Below, one piece after another: positions 1-8,248 of a DNA stretch of 32,000 bases (position 1 is its first letter; every line of letters begins with the position of its first letter). The DNA lies in contig OY970357.1 in the NCBI GenBank assembly GCA_963718585.1, forward strand, positions 480,001 to 512,000, given 5' to 3'. Made by a program: the position numbers and the translations under genes. This stretch comes from Candidatus Saccharimonadota bacterium. Lineage in GTDB: Bacteria; Patescibacteriota; Patescibacteriia; 2-12-FULL-60-25. The notes beneath the pieces were generated by a model, which was not told where the DNA came from, did not search any database, and worked only from the letters and a program-made list of their open reading frames with translations.

Positions 1-165
1 GTGATACGGAATATGTTCTGACTCGATCACCGGGGCCTCGGGGCCGGAGGGCGTCCCGACCCAAGAGATGGCGACATCCGATCTTTGTCCGCGCATCCGG
101 CGTACGACCGCCAACAACGGTGTCACCGGTCCGAGCGTTCCTCCTCCGCAAAACAAGATCCGCAT
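1..165 (-). CDS. murG: MurG (lipid I GlcNAc transferase), first 55 codons only; gene runs off the left edge
   Basis: Absent from the ORF track because it is truncated. Reverse complement of 1..165 reads MRILFCGGGTLGPVTPLLAVVRRMRGQRSDVAISWVGTPSGPEAPVIESEHIPYH. The GGGTxGxxxPxLAV N-terminus is typical of MurG. Its ATG (163-165) lies 1 nt after the ftsW stop (167-169), in dcw context. Confidence 0.8.
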   Translation of the reverse strand, partial: MRILFCGGGTLGPVTPLLAVVRRMRGQRSDVAISWVGTPSGPEAPVIESEHIPYH

Positions 166-166
166 A

Positions 167-1267
167 TCAGCGAGATTGTCGTGAGATCGATGCAACGATC
201 CCCATACCGATCGCCAAGGCGATCAATGCCGAGCTCCCATAGCTGACGAATGGCAAGGTCACTCCCGTGATCGGGAGCAGGCCGATCATGGATCCAACAT
301 TGAACACCGTCTGAATGGCGACCCACGCCCCGATCCCGACGCCGAGGAAGCGCCCGAACGGATCCGGCGCCTCTCGCGCGATCCGAAGGATCCGAAGGGT
401 GAGATATGCCATGGCCACAAGGAACACGACCGTGATGAAGAACCCCATCTCTTCTGCGATCACCGCAAAGATCGAGTCACCGGCCACTTCAGGCAAATAC
501 AGATACTTTTGTCGGGATTGTCCGTATCCGACACCGAAAAGACCACCGGATCCCACGGCAAGGAATGCCTGATTGATATGGTAGCCCACGCCCTGCGGGT
601 CCAATTCCGGATGGAGAAAGGTCATGAAACGCTGAGCGCGGTAGGGCGTGATCTTGACGAGCAGCGCGAGCATGGCGACGCCGGCCGCGGCGAGTCCACC
701 GAACCAGATCAGCGGTGCGCCGGCGATGAAGTAGGCCAAGAGGGCGGATCCGGCGATGACGGACATGGAACCCGTGTTCGGCTGCATGATGAGGAGGACC
801 ATGACGATCCCAAGCGCTCCCAGGAATGGGATCAACCCCTCTTCAAGGGTGTGCGCATTCTTCCCATGCCGATTCGCCAACCATGCCGAGGCGTAGACGA
901 GAAACGTGATCTTCACGAACTCGGATGGTTGAAATGCGATCGGACCAAAATGCACCCAACGTCCCGCGCCACCGAAGTGAAGACCGATCCCCGGGATATA
1001 CACCAGGATCAAAAGAACGATGCTCGCGATGAGCGCGGCGAATGCGAACGGCCGAAGGATCTTGTAATCGATGTATGAAAATGCGAAGAACAACGCGACG
1101 CCGGGAATGATCCCGTACAGCATCTGATGTCGGAAGAAGTACCAACTGTCACCGAATTGCTGAAGGCCGAGCGGACCACTCGCGGACAACAGCATGATCA
1201 GCCCGAAGACCGTGATCCCGGTCAGGGTCCACAGAAATGCACGATCGATAGGCTTGCGATGTCGCAT
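167..1267 (-). CDS. ftsW: SEDS-family peptidoglycan glycosyltransferase FtsW (366 aa)
   Basis: Multi-TM protein with the SEDS motifs PEVAGDSIFAVIAEEMGF and TLPFVSYGSSALIA. It lies between mraY and murG. I start at the internal ATG 1265-1267 (MRHRKPIDRAFLW...). The 122-codon upstream extension of ORF 167..1633 lies inside mraY and is Arg-rich and not protein-like. Confidence 0.88.
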   Translation of the reverse strand: MRHRKPIDRAFLWTLTGITVFGLIMLLSASGPLGLQQFGDSWYFFRHQMLYGIIPGVALFFAFSYIDYKILRPFAFAALIASIVLLILVYIPGIGLHFGGAGRWVHFGPIAFQPSEFVKITFLVYASAWLANRHGKNAHTLEEGLIPFLGALGIVMVLLIMQPNTGSMSVIAGSALLAYFIAGAPLIWFGGLAAAGVAMLALLVKITPYRAQRFMTFLHPELDPQGVGYHINQAFLAVGSGGLFGVGYGQSRQKYLYLPEVAGDSIFAVIAEEMGFFITVVFLVAMAYLTLRILRIAREAPDPFGRFLGVGIGAWVAIQTVFNVGSMIGLLPITGVTLPFVSYGSSALIALAIGMGIVASISRQSR

Positions 1268-1269
1268 GG

Positions 1270-2322
1270 TCAAAAACGATCTTTCAGGGCAAGGACGACG
1301 CCAACGCCGGCGGACAGAAGAGAGATCAACCAAACACGGAACACGATCTGCGACTCGGTCCACCCGCTGGCTTCCAAATGATGATGGATCGGTGCGCTCT
1401 TGAACACCTTCCGTTTGAAGAGTTTTTTCGACGTGATCTGGATGAGGACCGACACGGATTCGATCACGAACGGCAAACCGATGATAGGTAGCAATAAGGG
1501 CTGGTTCGTGACCATGGCAACGACCCCAAGCGCCGTTCCGAGCGACATCGCTCCCGTATCTCCCATGAAAAAGCTCGCAGGTGTCACGTTGTACCACAAG
1601 AAGCCGAACAAGGCTCCGACGATCGCCGCACAAAAGACCGCGAGATCCGCCTTCCCCTGGGTAAATGCGATGACAGCGTATGCGGCGAATGATGCGACGA
1701 GTGGACCGCCGGCAAGACCATCAAGTCCATCCGTCTCGTTCACGGAAAACGATGTCGCAATGATGACAAAGACGAAAAAGAGGACGTACCACCCGTTGAT
1801 ATCAAAATTCCCGACAAAAGGGACGTGCAGGACATCCCATTGCAATTTCGAATAGAACCACCACGCACCACCGACGGCGATCAAGCAATAACCGATCAAC
1901 CGATGGCGCATCCGCAATCCGCCTCCAGCCGGACCGATCTTGCGCATGTTGAGATAGTCATCGACCAAACCGACCAATGCCGCCGCAACGAGTGCGCCAA
2001 GTGGGAGGAGCGTCTGCGTACGTGAAAGGAAGTTCCACTGACACCAGCCACCGTTAAAGACGTCACATCCGGCACCGATCGCGAGCGCGGCGATCACAAC
2101 CGTTGCCCAAACGACGACCCCACCCATGGTCGGGGTCCCCGCTTTTTTCGCATGCAGCGCAGCGGCGACCGGTGCCGACGCGGAATCTCGGATGGACTTC
2201 CCTGCCCCGACGCGACGCAAGAAACGGATCAGGATCGGCGCCCACACCATCGCCGCGACGAAGCTGACGATCGTGAGGACGATCACGCGGATGACGGCGA
2301 ATGTCGAGGTCGAGAGATCCAT
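1270..2322 (-). CDS. mraY: Phospho-N-acetylmuramoyl-pentapeptide transferase MraY (350 aa)
   Basis: Motifs VDDYLNMRK, VNETDGLDGLAGG, MGDTGAMSLG and HHHLE, with ~10 TM segments. Its stop lies 2 nt before the ftsW start. Confidence 0.93.
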   Translation of the reverse strand: MDLSTSTFAVIRVIVLTIVSFVAAMVWAPILIRFLRRVGAGKSIRDSASAPVAAALHAKKAGTPTMGGVVVWATVVIAALAIGAGCDVFNGGWCQWNFLSRTQTLLPLGALVAAALVGLVDDYLNMRKIGPAGGGLRMRHRLIGYCLIAVGGAWWFYSKLQWDVLHVPFVGNFDINGWYVLFFVFVIIATSFSVNETDGLDGLAGGPLVASFAAYAVIAFTQGKADLAVFCAAIVGALFGFLWYNVTPASFFMGDTGAMSLGTALGVVAMVTNQPLLLPIIGLPFVIESVSVLIQITSKKLFKRKVFKSAPIHHHLEASGWTESQIVFRVWLISLLSAGVGVVLALKDRF

Positions 2323-2331
2323 AGATCAGGG

Positions 2332-2709
2332 TCAAAGATTGATGAGGATGAGAAAAAAGGACGTGACAGAAACTAAAACCATGAAGATGAGACTCAAGAG
2401 CGTAAGCGTCCGTGCGGCGAGTGCATCCGTTCGATACGACCCGAATGCGATGGCGGCGTTGCTTAGGATCGCTGCGGCGGCGACTCCAGGGATCGCCAAG
2501 ATCCACGGCCAGGAACGGACATCGTCGACCCCCAGATAGATATTATAATGCATCGTCACGATCCCGGAACGCGCACTGGCGGGGATCACGCGTAACAATA
2601 AAAACGCAGAAACGCCGGCCCAAAGGACGACGCTCACGATGTTCACCCAGCGGACGATCGGGTCCTGCCAGGCACGCTTTGCGGAAAAGCGCCACTCGGC
2701 CCACGTCAT
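2332..2709 (-). CDS. Small integral membrane protein (125 aa, ~4 TM), unknown function, first in line before mraY
   Basis: Clean ATG ORF with hydrophobic segments (IVSVVLWAGVSAFLLL, ILAIPGVAAAAILSNAAIAF, LLSLIFMVLVSVTSFFLILI). It sits 9 nt upstream of mraY on the same strand. I recognise no family motif. Confidence 0.6.
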   Translation of the reverse strand: MTWAEWRFSAKRAWQDPIVRWVNIVSVVLWAGVSAFLLLRVIPASARSGIVTMHYNIYLGVDDVRSWPWILAIPGVAAAAILSNAAIAFGSYRTDALAARTLTLLSLIFMVLVSVTSFFLILINL

Positions 2710-2730
2710 GTCGATAGTGTATGCGCCACG

Positions 2731-2979
2731 TCACTCGACGGCAACGACCTCCGTGACCTCAGGGACCATTTCCCGGAGGGTTTCCTCGATCCCCGCCTTC
2801 AGAGTCAATTCCGACATGGGGCACCCTACACAGGTCCCCTGAAAACGGACGCTGACCTTCCCTGAATCCGGATCTACATCGACCAACTCAACATTTCCGG
2901 CATGAAGCGCGATCCCTTCTCGGAGGACATCAAGTACCTTATCGATCTCTGTTTGTAATTCTTGTTTGCTTTTGGCCAT
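2731..2979 (-). CDS. NifU/Nfu C-terminal-domain-like Fe-S scaffold protein (82 aa)
   Basis: The stretch VSVRFQGTCVGCPMSELTLKAGIEETL carries the CxxC motif of the NifU-like domain. I start at internal ATG 2977-2979 (MAKSKQELQ...), which leaves room for the divergent promoter region. Confidence 0.75.
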   Translation of the reverse strand: MAKSKQELQTEIDKVLDVLREGIALHAGNVELVDVDPDSGKVSVRFQGTCVGCPMSELTLKAGIEETLREMVPEVTEVVAVE

Positions 2980-2988
2980 ATCTAGCCA

Positions 2989-3017
2989 AATATAGCCCGC
3001 TTTGAACACCTTGACAA
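2989..3017 (-). promoter_or_regulatory. Sigma70-like promoter for the nifU-like/mraY/ftsW/murG operon (TTGTCA-17-TATATT)
   Basis: On the minus strand the -35 TTGTCA is at 3017..3012, followed by a 17-nt spacer and the -10 TATATT at 2994..2989. Only 9 nt separate the -10 from ATG 2979, implying a near-leaderless mRNA. Confidence 0.5.
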
Positions 3018-3039
3018 GGAGGGTATTTTCGCGTAACCT
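3011..3039 (+). promoter_or_regulatory. Sigma70-like promoter for rpmA (TTGACA-17-TAACCT)
   Basis: -35 TTGACA at 3011-3016, 17-nt spacer, -10 TAACCT at 3034-3039, about 29 nt upstream of the rpmA ATG. The -35 hexamer overlaps the minus-strand -35. Confidence 0.45.
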
Positions 3040-3067
3040 TTGCGCATATTCGACCAAATCGACCTAT

Positions 3068-3352
3068 ATGGCACATAAGAAAGCCGGAGGCTCCACACAA
3101 AATAACCGCGATTCCCAGGGACAGCGACTGGGCGTGAAGTTGTACGCCGGGCAGTACGCCAAAAGCGGCAGCATCATCGTCCGCCAGCGCGGGAGCAAGA
3201 TCCGTCCGGGCCAAAACGTGATGATCGGCAAGGACGACACGTTGTTTGCGGTCGCGAACGGGATCGTGAAATTCTCAGACAAACGGATCCGCCGTTTCAC
3301 CGGCGCATTCAAGACCGTGAAGCTCGCAAACGTCATCCCGGCAGAAAAATAA
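3068..3352 (+). CDS. rpmA: 50S ribosomal protein L27 (94 aa)
   Basis: [29 protein letters not shown]... is the canonical L27 N-terminus. The start is the internal ATG 3068 of ORF 3002..3352. Confidence 0.95.
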   Translation: MAHKKAGGSTQNNRDSQGQRLGVKLYAGQYAKSGSIIVRQRGSKIRPGQNVMIGKDDTLFAVANGIVKFSDKRIRRFTGAFKTVKLANVIPAEK

Positions 3353-3363
3353 GGATCGCATTC

Positions 3364-3388
3364 AAAAGAGCCCTTCGGGGCTCTTTTT
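3364..3388. terminator. Bidirectional rho-independent terminator between convergent rpmA and pyrG
   Basis: The sequence aaaagagccc-ttcg-gggctcttttt forms a perfect 10-bp stem (A/T-extended GAGCCC/GGGCTC core) with a TTCG loop. The A-run on one side and T-run on the other let it work for both strands. Confidence 0.75.
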
Positions 3389-3392
3389 CGTA

Positions 3393-5057
3393 TCACCTTT
3401 TTTTGTGTTTTGCCGACGCTTTGATGAATCCCAGGAACAATGGATGCGGACGAAACGGGCGGGACAAAAGCTCCGGATGGAACTGTGTCGCGACGAAGAA
3501 TGGATGCCCCTTGAACTCTACGACCTCTGCGAGTTTCCCATTCGGTGACACGCCGGAGACGATAAGACCCGCCTCCTCCAATTCACACCGGTACGCCGGA
3601 TTTGCTTCAAATCGATGGCGGTGCCGTTCTTTGATCCGATCCGTTCCATAGAGCTTACGCGCGATCGTCCCGGGTTTGAGCACGCAGGGGTATTCACCAA
3701 GACGCATGGTCCCGCCATACTCTTTATCCTTCATCTTCTCCTCCTGTTCGTTCATGAGATGGATGACCGGATGTTTCGTCTTCGGTTCGATCTCGGTCGT
3801 ATTCGCGTCCTTCCACTTCAACAGATCTCGCGCGACTTCGACCGTAGCAAGCTGCATCCCGTAACAAAGACCAAGATACGGGACCTTCTTTTCCCGTGCA
3901 TATTTGATCGCCATGAGTTTCCCCTCGATCCCACGTGTCCCGAATCCACCTGGGATGAGGATCCCATCAAGATCCTTGAGTTCTTTTGCGAGGGTACGCG
4001 GGTGGCGCTCGAATCCCTCGCTGTTCAACCACACGATCTCCGGCCGAAGATGTTCATGCCACGCCGCATGTTTGATCGCCTCCAACACGGAAAGGTACGA
4101 ATCCGTCAGTACGAAGTTTCCCGTGGAAAAATACTTCCCAACGATCCCGATCTTGACCGGCTTTTTCGCGGACGCGATACGTCGCACGAATCCATTCCAA
4201 GGGATCTGCTTCGGTGCGCGCTTCCGCAAAGCGAGCTTTTCGACGATCCGGTCCGCCACCCCTTCTTTTCGGAAAACGAGCGGAACCTCATAGATCGAGG
4301 AGACATTCGGAGCTGCGATCACATCCTCGGGCAAAACATTACACCCGATCGATAGCTTCCGTTTTCGCGGTTCATCGATCGGTTGAACGGCTCGGCAAAT
4401 GATGATGTCCGGCTGGAGACCTGCGCCATTGAGCGTGCGGACCGCATACTGCGTCGGCTTGGTCTTCATCTCACCGATGCTTCCCGGCACCGGAAGATAG
4501 CTCACGAGCACGACAAGGACGTCTTTCGGCGATTCGAGACGCATCATGCGGCATGCCTCGAGATACAACAGGTTCTGATATTCCCCGACCGTCCCGCCGA
4601 TCTCGACGATCGTCACATCCGCATCTGCCTGTTCTGCCGCGACACGGATGCGCCGGATGACCTCGCGCGGCACGTCCGGGACCCACTCGACGGTCCGTCC
4701 GCCATATCCCAACGCCCGTTCGCGCTCGATGATCGTCTTGAACACGCTTCCCGATGTCATGCAATTATCCCGGGTCAGGTCCTCATCCAAAAACCGCTCA
4801 TAATTTCCGATATCTTGATCCGTTTCCAGACCATCCTTGGTCACAAAAACTTCTCCATGTTCAACGGGATTCAATGTTCCAGGATCGACATTGAGATACG
4901 GATCGATCTTGACCGCCGTGACCCTCAATCCGCGAGACTTCAATAAGGCGCCGATACTTGCGGTCGCGATCCCTTTTCCGACCCCGCTCATCACTCCGCC
5001 GGTCACGAAGATGGTGGTCCTTCTTCGTTTTCCGTTTCGCCGGCGTGGATTGGCCAT
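3393..5057 (-). CDS. pyrG: CTP synthase PyrG (554 aa) with a short Arg-rich N-terminal extension
   Basis: FVTGGVMSGVGKGIATAS P-loop-like N-terminus, GGTVGEYQ, the glutaminase motif LGLCYGMQL, and ERHRHRFEANP. The extension reads MANPRRRNGKRRRTT. Confidence 0.95.
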   Translation of the reverse strand: MANPRRRNGKRRRTTIFVTGGVMSGVGKGIATASIGALLKSRGLRVTAVKIDPYLNVDPGTLNPVEHGEVFVTKDGLETDQDIGNYERFLDEDLTRDNCMTSGSVFKTIIERERALGYGGRTVEWVPDVPREVIRRIRVAAEQADADVTIVEIGGTVGEYQNLLYLEACRMMRLESPKDVLVVLVSYLPVPGSIGEMKTKPTQYAVRTLNGAGLQPDIIICRAVQPIDEPRKRKLSIGCNVLPEDVIAAPNVSSIYEVPLVFRKEGVADRIVEKLALRKRAPKQIPWNGFVRRIASAKKPVKIGIVGKYFSTGNFVLTDSYLSVLEAIKHAAWHEHLRPEIVWLNSEGFERHPRTLAKELKDLDGILIPGGFGTRGIEGKLMAIKYAREKKVPYLGLCYGMQLATVEVARDLLKWKDANTTEIEPKTKHPVIHLMNEQEEKMKDKEYGGTMRLGEYPCVLKPGTIARKLYGTDRIKERHRHRFEANPAYRCELEEAGLIVSGVSPNGKLAEVVEFKGHPFFVATQFHPELLSRPFRPHPLFLGFIKASAKHKKR

Positions 5058-5090
5058 ACGTGACCCGAGTATACCACGCGCGAATGGACC

Positions 5091-5519
5091 CTATCGGCGG
5101 TTGCGTGGATATCTTTCCGCGATGAGTCGTAAAGCCCGCGCCAAAAGCTTGTCTAGGTTCTTATATCCGCTGACAGAGAAGACTTCCGATGTCCGCGCCC
5201 ACTGTCCTTCGTAGATCGCGCCTTCTCCGGTCAGGACTTCTTTCGCATCTGCCGGTGCCTCGAACAGGAAGAGATGCACCACCTTCAGGATCACGGTCCC
5301 CTGCCGGCGGAAACGGAATGAGGTCCGTCCCAATGGGGCGATGAAGGTCAGCTGATCCAACCCCGTCTCCTCTTTGATCTCGCGCACCGCGGTTTCGACC
5401 GTCGTTTCTCCGGCTTCTTGGTGTCCTTTCGGAAACGTCCATCGACCGAACGGATCTTTGATGAAAAACACTTCCGCCACGCCATTTCGGCGACGGAAGA
5501 TGATCCCTCCGGCACTCAC
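5091..5519 (-). CDS. Nudix hydrolase (142 aa from GTG 5519; 186 aa if ATG 5651 is used)
   Basis: Nudix box GHQEAGETTVETAVREIKEETGL. The ATG at 5651 would overlap the upstream protease gene by 113 nt. The only other in-frame start is GTG 5517-5519 (VSAGGIIFRR...), 20 nt after the protease stop. Confidence 0.8.
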   Translation of the reverse strand: MSAGGIIFRRRNGVAEVFFIKDPFGRWTFPKGHQEAGETTVETAVREIKEETGLDQLTFIAPLGRTSFRFRRQGTVILKVVHLFLFEAPADAKEVLTGEGAIYEGQWARTSEVFSVSGYKNLDKLLARALRLIAERYPRNRR

Positions 5520-5538
5520 TTCGTGCCGAAATCCTGTA

Positions 5539-6894
5539 TTAGTTTGTGGACGACGCTGCCCCGCCGCTCTCCGATGCGGACGCCGACGGCGCGGTCGCTT
5601 TGCCGGTGAGGAGTTCGATGGCTTTGTCGAGTTGGGGGTCTCGGTTGGCATTGTAGTCTTCCTCGGTCCGATCGACGGTGATGTCGGGATCGAGTCCTTG
5701 TTTATTGATACTTCGTTCTTTCGGCGTCACCCATTCGGCGATGGTGATCTTGAGTGCGCTCTTATCTGGGAATTCTGTGTAATCCTGGACAGACCCTTTC
5801 CCGAAGGTCTTGGTACCCACGAGTGTCGCCTTGGCGTAATCCTGCAGGGCACCGGAAACGATCTCGGACGCGGAGGCGGAGCCCCCATTGACGAGCACGA
5901 CCGTGGGCATGTCCTTGAGCCGAGCGGGGTGATCACCTTTGTACTCATCAACGATCTTCCCTTGCCGGCGTTCCTTGACCACGACCTGATCGCCGACCCA
6001 TTCACTCGCCATGGAGATCGCCTTATCAAGATACCCGCCTGGGTCATTCCGCAGATCGAGGACGACGCCTTTGACGTTCTTTGCAAGCGCGTCCGTGACC
6101 GCCTGGTTGAACAGGTCTTCCGTGTCTGCGTTGAAATTACTGACCGAGATCACCGCGATCGTATCCTTCTCAACGTACTTCACGTTCACGCTCTTGACCT
6201 TGATGACGTCTCGGACGATCGGGATGTCCTTCGTCTCCGGCGTCTGCTTTTCCTTCCCGCTCGCATCCTTCGTGGTCGTATAGCGACCGATCGTGAGTGT
6301 CACGGTCGTCCCCTTGTCCCCGCGGATGAGCGTGACGGCCTGATCGATGCTCATCGCGTCAGTACTCGTCGCGTCGATCTTCAAGATGAGATCACCTGCC
6401 TTGAGGCCGGCTTTTTCCGCCGGCGAATCCGGCAGTGGCGCGATGATCTGTAATTGATCATTCTTGATCCCGATCTCCGCACCGATCCCCTCGAACTTCC
6501 CTTGCAGGTTTTGATTGAACGCCTCTGCGTTCTTTGGTGGGAAAAAGAGGGTGTAGGGATCATCGACGGACGAGGCAAGGCCGCTCATCGCGCCGTAGAG
6601 CATCTTCTGCTCATCGACCGGCTGCTGATAATATCGGTCCTCTATCGAGCGCCACAGATCCCAGAATTCCTTGAATGTGGGCGGGACGCCGAGGTCAGAG
6701 GGCGGATTCGAGCCGACCCCCTCAACACTGGCAATGGCCGACGTGCTCGTTGTCGATGCAGATGCCAGAGGAACGTCTCCTTTTCCAAAGGTGACACCGG
6801 CAAAAAACGCCACTCCAGCAGTGGCGACGATCGCAATGATCCACGGCGCGGCACGTCTGACACGCGGTCCCGCTTCCATCATGCATCCGATCAT
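5539..6894 (-). CDS. S41 carboxy-terminal processing peptidase (CtpA/Prc-like), signal-anchored (451 aa)
   Basis: PDZ-like segment GIGAEIGIKNDQLQIIAPLPDSPAEKAGLKAGDLILKID. Catalytic regions VLVNGGSASASEIVSGAL and TFGKGSVQ. N-terminal anchor AAPWIIAIVATAGVAFFAGV. The start is set at ATG 6894 (GGAG 3 nt upstream); 6882 and 6879 are also possible. Confidence 0.88.
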   Translation of the reverse strand: MIGCMMEAGPRVRRAAPWIIAIVATAGVAFFAGVTFGKGDVPLASASTTSTSAIASVEGVGSNPPSDLGVPPTFKEFWDLWRSIEDRYYQQPVDEQKMLYGAMSGLASSVDDPYTLFFPPKNAEAFNQNLQGKFEGIGAEIGIKNDQLQIIAPLPDSPAEKAGLKAGDLILKIDATSTDAMSIDQAVTLIRGDKGTTVTLTIGRYTTTKDASGKEKQTPETKDIPIVRDVIKVKSVNVKYVEKDTIAVISVSNFNADTEDLFNQAVTDALAKNVKGVVLDLRNDPGGYLDKAISMASEWVGDQVVVKERRQGKIVDEYKGDHPARLKDMPTVVLVNGGSASASEIVSGALQDYAKATLVGTKTFGKGSVQDYTEFPDKSALKITIAEWVTPKERSINKQGLDPDITVDRTEEDYNANRDPQLDKAIELLTGKATAPSASASESGGAASSTN

Positions 6895-6955
6895 ACGCTC
6901 CGGCGGGTCCTCCGTCAATGATGCATAGAATGAGAAAACATGGTTGAATACCCTC

Positions 6956-8245
6956 ATGCAGAAGGCGCCGTTCCACCGCCGGATCCTCCCATGGATCTTT
7001 GCGATCACATTCATCGCCATGGCGCCCGTCGTGGTTTTTTATACTGCCGGATATCGCTGGAACCCGAAAAAAGCCACTATCGAGCGCAATGGGACGCTTA
7101 TCATAGATACGACCCCGTCTGGGGCGACGATCACCATCGATGATCGAGTGATCCCGGAACGATCACCAGTCACCCTGCAAGACATGTCTCCGGGACGCCA
7201 CCGCCTCCGGATCGATGAAGACGGCTATCATCCGTGGGAAAAATCCCTTGAACTGTACGCGGAACACGTGACATTCGCGAACGATATCCGTCTGTGGAAG
7301 GATGCGCCCCCAGTCATGAAATTGACGGACGCCGCACGCGTCATCAGTACCTCACCGGACCAGCGGCACGCACTTCTGCTCACCGATGCCACGACTTCAC
7401 ACGCCCTCCTCATCGATCTTTCATCCTATCGGACCCTGGCCCTGAATGGCACGCTCGCGTTGAACGGTCGGACTGACGTCAGCTGGTCATCGAACGGACG
7501 GTATGCCCTTGTGCAGTCTGAGACGACATCAACGACCTATCTCATCGATACCGGCGGAAATGGGGTACAAAAACTTCCGAACGGCACGTATCGATGGGAG
7601 TCCGGACGGTTGGTCGGCAATACAGGGACATCTCTCCTGACCATCGGTCTTTCCAACGGTGCGGTCTCGGAGCAATCGCTCAAGCCCCATCAATATGATC
7701 TTTGGGAAGACGGGACCATTGAGATCGCGACGGGGACCGGCGATCTGATCTACGTTCCACGCACGTCGAATGCGGTCGGATTCCTCCTCCCGCCCGGTCA
7801 CTGGTTGGGATGGGATAATTCCGCGCCGAATCAAGATCTCCTCCGCGACGGCACCCGCTGGCTTTCCCTCGATCTCAGCGGTTCCAACCCGCAGTATCAT
7901 CTGGCGAACGGTGACATCCCACGAGCGCTGGTCATCGATCACATTCGCGAATATCTCCTCTTGAATGGGAATGAGATCTGGATGTGGGATCCATTACATG
8001 AACCCGTTTTGCTGATGCGTCAAAGCCAGGAACTGACGGATGTCGCTTGGCATCCTGATGGCTCTGATATCTTTTACAGCACGAAGACGGGACTCTTCGC
8101 CCTCAATCTCGATCAGCGTGACGGTCGGATGACGACCCAACTTGGGTCATTCGATCTCATCCGCCGATTCTCGATGACAAAAGACAGCTTGCTCATAGCA
8201 GGTATCAAAGATGGCAAAGACGGGTTGTGGGAGATCCCTCTCTAG
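6956..8245 (+). CDS. Membrane-anchored PEGA-domain protein with a probable beta-propeller-like C-terminal region (429 aa)
   Basis: N-terminal TM ILPWIFAITFIAMAPVVVFY. PEGA-like module GTLIIDTTPSGATITIDDRVIPERSPVTLQDMSPGRHRLRIDEDGYHPWEKSLEL. Later repeats have a TolB/WD-like flavour (VSWSSNGRYALV, VAWHPDGSDIFYST). The ORF opens at TTG 6944; I prefer ATG 6956. Confidence 0.75.
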   Translation: MQKAPFHRRILPWIFAITFIAMAPVVVFYTAGYRWNPKKATIERNGTLIIDTTPSGATITIDDRVIPERSPVTLQDMSPGRHRLRIDEDGYHPWEKSLELYAEHVTFANDIRLWKDAPPVMKLTDAARVISTSPDQRHALLLTDATTSHALLIDLSSYRTLALNGTLALNGRTDVSWSSNGRYALVQSETTSTTYLIDTGGNGVQKLPNGTYRWESGRLVGNTGTSLLTIGLSNGAVSEQSLKPHQYDLWEDGTIEIATGTGDLIYVPRTSNAVGFLLPPGHWLGWDNSAPNQDLLRDGTRWLSLDLSGSNPQYHLANGDIPRALVIDHIREYLLLNGNEIWMWDPLHEPVLLMRQSQELTDVAWHPDGSDIFYSTKTGLFALNLDQRDGRMTTQLGSFDLIRRFSMTKDSLLIAGIKDGKDGLWEIPL

Positions 8246-8248
8246 CGA

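Noticed and set aside
1095-1110. ccgggaatga inside ftsW, resembling the end of the GIY-YIG element TIR (acgggaatga)
   Set aside because: It is only a 9-nt match with no hairpin partner and lies in coding sequence. It is probably chance.
1268-1633. 122-codon N-terminal extension of the ftsW ORF
   Set aside because: It lies inside the mraY coding region in another frame. The FtsW TM core starts just after ATG 1267, which sits 2 nt from the mraY stop.
3615-4946. Plus-strand ORFs of 246 aa (3615-4355) and 187 aa (4383-4946)
   Set aside because: Both are antisense to pyrG, whose identity is unambiguous. Their composition is not protein-like (runs of R, D, L, P).
5374-6453. 359-aa plus-strand ORF, the longest unexplained ORF in the track
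   Set aside because: It lies entirely antisense to the well-supported S41 protease gene. Its translation is Arg/Asp/Gly-rich with no motif or TM pattern. It is a typical shadow ORF of a GC-rich coding region.
6940-7143. 67-aa ORF whose ATG sits 8 nt after a TAGAAT box (possible leaderless small protein)
   Set aside because: It overlaps the PEGA gene out of frame. Its sequence (MVEYPHAEGAVPPPDPP...HHR) has no structure-like features. I cannot exclude that it is translated, but there is no supporting evidence.
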